Shown here one piece after another: positions 58,521-64,000 of a stretch of DNA of 64,000 nucleotides (positions within the stretch are counted from its first letter, which is position 1; every line of letters starts with the position of its first letter). A program made the position numbers and the translations under genes. Origin of the DNA: the human T2T-CHM13v2.0 reference genome, Homo sapiens; NCBI RefSeq assembly GCF_009914755.1, contig NC_060947.1; one strand, written 5' to 3'. The notes under the pieces are model-generated. The model did no database searches and was not told the DNA's origin. It saw only the letters and a program-made list of their open reading frames with translations.

Positions 58521-61186
58521 ATGTGGCATGGTACGTAGAGAGTGAACACTCAGCTCTTATTAGTTCTTTCTAAAACTGCCAACCAACAGTGTCCCCCCAC
58601 CTCAGCAGGGGGGCCACCTAGTTCCACTGCCCTCTCTCAGTTCTCTTTCTGTCTCTATCTTCTGTCTGTCAAAGTTCTTTAACACCAGTGTGAGGAAGTG
58701 TCCCTGATTGTCTTCACCCAACATGACCTATCTCTCCTTGCCAAACAGTTGCTACCATATTCATCTCTCATTTATCCTATGCCAAGAAACTTGGTCATTT
58801 GGTTTAAAGGAAAGGGACATCTCAGAGCTTTACTTCTATCTATGATATGTGTTCATCAGAGAATTACAAAACTACTGTGAACATAAACTTCCCATAAAGA
58901 AATATATGGTGCTTTGCTATGTTCAGAAAATGTCCTATGCACTTTATAAATAATAATTTAGATGATTGTATATTTTTATCTTGTATTAATCATAGGTGGT
59001 TAAATCAACTTCATGACAGTTGAAAAGATCGAGTGAAGTTAAATAACTAGATAATATATGTATACAATATTGCATATAAAAGTATACAAAACATATGTAA
59101 TTATTAATACTTTGTATTTAATATAATAGTAATACATTCCTGTGAAATAGAAATTCCAGAGCCATCATGGCTGACAGAGTTTATACGTTTGAGATACGAG
59201 AATGCCCACTGATATTTTATCAGCCAATTTCTAATTTTGGGTATATAAGTGGGAGATAGCCATACATCACACAAGATCTGGGGTAAGCATTGTATTCATT
59301 ATTGAGCCACTTAAAAGATGTCTTCACCTTATAATCAAAATAAACATCTTTAAAGTATGGAAGGAGGGAGTGATGATTGAATTGTCTTACTGTGTTTTTA
59401 AAATAAAATATTAATAAAATGTGACGTTCATATGCCTAAGAGAGTAAGCTGCTATTTACTGTTGAAGATAGAAGCCTTGAAATGACTTTTGTTCAATGTA
59501 GACATACCACTAGCTACTCACACTTTAAGCATTGAGTATTTAAGCATCCATATGTCTGAGTGCAGTTGTTTTCTCAACACAGTAGTCCAAAAAAAAAAAA
59601 GAAAGAAAAACCAAACCAACCCAAACTCTGACAGCACCGTAAGCATGTTACAGGTAAATGCTTATGTTTGCAATGGCTACTTGGCATTTCAAAATGATTA
59701 CAATCTCACTGAACAAGCTAAGCACTAATTTTGCATTTCAGCGATCTGTCTTTCAGTATTTACATCATGTCTAAAATAATTTCTCAGAGATGGCTGGGTG
59801 GTTCTGCATGTTAGGTCCATGTGGGTCACTGGTTCATTTTTGAGTCATTTATACTGGCAAGAAATTGCAGCTCCTAGAAATTTATGCTAGCACAGTATAC
59901 AAGCAACATTAATTACCCTTCCTTAAGATCAACAATTTTTAGTTTATTATTAAGAAAGGTAATCAGATTACTGTAACCACTGACAAGCAATTAGTTCCAA
60001 ACATTACATTTTTAGCATGTAGAATGAACTTAACCTAGGGATATTTCTGTATTTAATGCAGCACAGTTTTATGATTTTGTTCAGCTCTTCACGTTTATCC
60101 AGATTTTCTATACTTGTAAACAGAGCATTTGCATACTGTCCCAAAATCAAACTATGTGCTAGTGAAAATAACTGGCCTGTTCACTACTTTTTTATATGAC
60201 TGTTTTAATCATTCATCAAAGTGTGTGAATTTCACCAACTATAGCCAACTGGATGTAATTTTATTGATTATTTATGTTGAGCCTTAAGTAAAAATGAGCA
60301 AGAGATGTAGTCATCCAGACTTAGGACACAGAAACATCAGAAAGGAAGAGCTTTTCCAATCTGAATGCAGGAACTTCTCCCAAACTTCAAGTTCTGCAGT
60401 TAGTGGATTACAACAGCAATAGCTTTTCTTCACTTTTTTGTATCTATTAGGTATTCATGTTAAACTCAAGAAAAGAGAAATTATCATTTGATTAGTAGTT
60501 TATTCAGTACTTTCTGTTATCTCAAGATTCATGTTGTTTCATCCTAGCTCAGAAAATAAACAAATTGAGGTAGAATAAAGGGAACAAAAACAAGAAAGAA
60601 ATGAAGTCAAGGGTGAATTTGAGCAGAATGAAATGTGAAAAATGAAATGGAAAAGGGGAATAAAAGAAAAATATTCACTGTTTCCTCTGGGTTTTACAGA
60701 GAATGTGAATTTTAAAGCCACATACTAAAATGCCATCTAAAATAGTAAATATCAAATATTTTGTTCTCTTCAACTCACTTCTATTTGTTTCTTTATTCTT
60801 CAAAGTTATCTTTCACCATAGTCTACCATACACAGAGGAAGGCCATTTCCACAGAGGTGCTGGGATTTTAAGGGCAGTAGAAATTTCCCTGATCTAAATT
60901 AGCCACACAGATGTCTGAGATGCCTGGGACATCAGTCATCCTTTGGCTTGAGAACTTGGAGGCTCTCATGTAGATAAGAATGTATTTCATGAAAAGGAAA
61001 AAAAATGCAAGAAACAAAAGATCTGGGTAGGTGATTGCTCAAGTTTATGTTTCTGGACACCTATTATTTCTACTTTTTGCAGAGAGAATAAACAAAGAAG
61101 AAAGAGAGAGAGAGAGAGAGGTCATCTGTGGATTGTAGCTTGGCGAGTGCCCATGAGTTCCACTTTGCCTTGTGATGTGATAAGGT

Positions 61187-62226
<1,040 letters not shown>

Positions 62227-64000
62227 TTATAATGGTTCCACTCATCTAATTAAACCCTGACTGATTGACCCAACAATATTTATCTATCTATATTTATTTA
62301 TCTATATCTATACATAGAATATATATAATATTCATAGATATATTGATTAAATATGTATAGATAAATATATATAATAACCAATTGTGTGTAGTAATGGAAT
62401 CAGCTTAATAATCAAATGTATCCATTTTGTAAATAAGCTTTTTCTAATCTAAAAATCTCATGAATGTTTTATTACCCAAAACCTTCCCCATTTATTTATC
62501 CAAACACTCTGTCATCAAAAGCTAATGCATGCCTAGTGTATACAACACTATCAGAGATATAATTATAGCTCTAATGAAGAAAACATGAACAATGCCCTCC
62601 AAAATCATATTTATTCATGAAGAGGATCATGATTAGACAATTAAGAAATTAGCTATAAGAACTTTGGAAAGGCACATTTAAAGAAGCCTAATGGTTAGAT
62701 AAATTGATTGCAACTGAGATCATTGAAAAACCTGAGCCTTTTACTGGACAATCAAAATAGAAACACTTAGGGAGAGAAGGCATAAAGGATATTCAAAGAG
62801 TAATACTCTTTATTACAGTTTGATCATTAAATGCCAGGCATCACCATGTAATTTTTAATACATAGTTCATTCTTACACAAATACACTTCAGGATTCCCTA
62901 TTTGAAGATGATATTACAAAGGAGTCACAGCTGGGAGATCGTGTGATTGACATGATTCATTTCCCAAGCTCCTGCCATCTATTCATCCAATAAATATTTA
63001 TGATTGCTTACTTTACATGTTACCATAATTTCCTGTTCCAAGAGAGTCCATCTGAGCATAGCCCAAAATGATGGAGATTAGGGTGTGGAGACTATGCAGC
63101 TAGGTAGATTTGGAACAAAACACAGAGGTGCCTAGATGTACTGCCTGCATGGATTGACTACCATTGATTCTCCAAGTCCTGCTGAGCTGCCTGGACTTCA
63201 TTCTTTATGTAAAGTAGAACAATTGATAGCTCCCTGTTAAGTGATCCTCTTCTAAGAGGGTCAGTTTTTGAATAATGAAGAGGATCCTTATTCAAAGGAT
63301 CGTTCTGAATAAACAACTATGTTGTTTTTCTTGCGAATTGTTTTCAGGGGAACTAGCAAATATCAAGTTTGATCTGAGAAGAATTGGAATGCCTACTATA
63401 ATAATAGGCATGGGCAGAATAAAAAATTAATTATACAAAGATGCAACCTTAGAAGTGACAGCAGGCAGAGTTGGATTTAATGGGAAATTCTACAAACCTG
63501 TCCAGAAAGAGGTTGTTGTCATGTTATTTAAAATAAATGTATCAGGACAGAGAGACATATGTGCAATATTTCAATTAGTGCAATGAGACTGGTATAAGCT
63601 GAAAAAGGACAGAGAATGATTCAACATTGTTAAGGAAAGAATGAGAGTAGAACACTGAGTTAGCACACAGACAGTTCTCTTACTATTTTATTTCCTCTAA
63701 GACAAAGAAAAACAAGATGGTACTGAGCATGAGAAATGAAACTGCAGAAGTTTCTGTGTTCTCATATTGGAGTCAAGAGAGTGTGTTTGTTTGCTCATGA
63801 GAAAAATACAGAGAGAAAGACTCATGGTGAAATAAGAACATGAAAGAAATCCATAACCAGGTAGAGATTTAAGTGTTTGATAAAAGTAGGCACATTTGAT
63901 CTATTAAAATATGAGTCAGGCAAAGTCAAAATACGGATAGTTCTTTCAGGTTGATGGATTAGAGATCAGCCCCTCTTCTGGTGGGTTTCATGTTCTCAGT

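Noticed and set aside
58601-58616. Possible CTCF site (ctcagcaggggggcca)
   Set aside because: It mismatches the CCASYAGRKGGCRS core at key positions and cannot be supported without ChIP data

Overview
This is primate, most likely human, nuclear DNA. It is AT-rich and repeat-dense, and I find no supportable protein-coding gene. Nearly all listed ORFs are artefacts of Alu, L1, LTR or microsatellite sequence. The main landmark is a ~2.6 kb old NUMT (~9133-11772) colinear with mtDNA: ND5 3' end, ND6, tRNA-Glu, CYTB, tRNA-Thr, tRNA-Pro and the 5' control region. An AluY sits inside its tRNA-Pro with a perfect 14-bp TSD. The rest comprises more than 30 Alu/FLAM pieces, L1 3' ends, solo LTRs (LTR2B-, MER34-, MER39-, MER57-, LTR9-, THE1/MST- and MLT1-like), DNA transposons (MER20, MER82, Tigger2) and five large GATA/TATC arrays, a density suggestive of Xp22.3 or Y. 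Structure not explained by repeat families includes a 32-bp minisatellite whose unit is a hairpin with four GATA sites, a 9-mer CAATTG/SOX-motif repeat, a ~210-bp locally templated insertion inside an L1, and several local duplications and hairpins. I see no convincing new gene system. Repeat subfamily names come from recalled consensus sequences, not a database search, and boundaries are read by eye.
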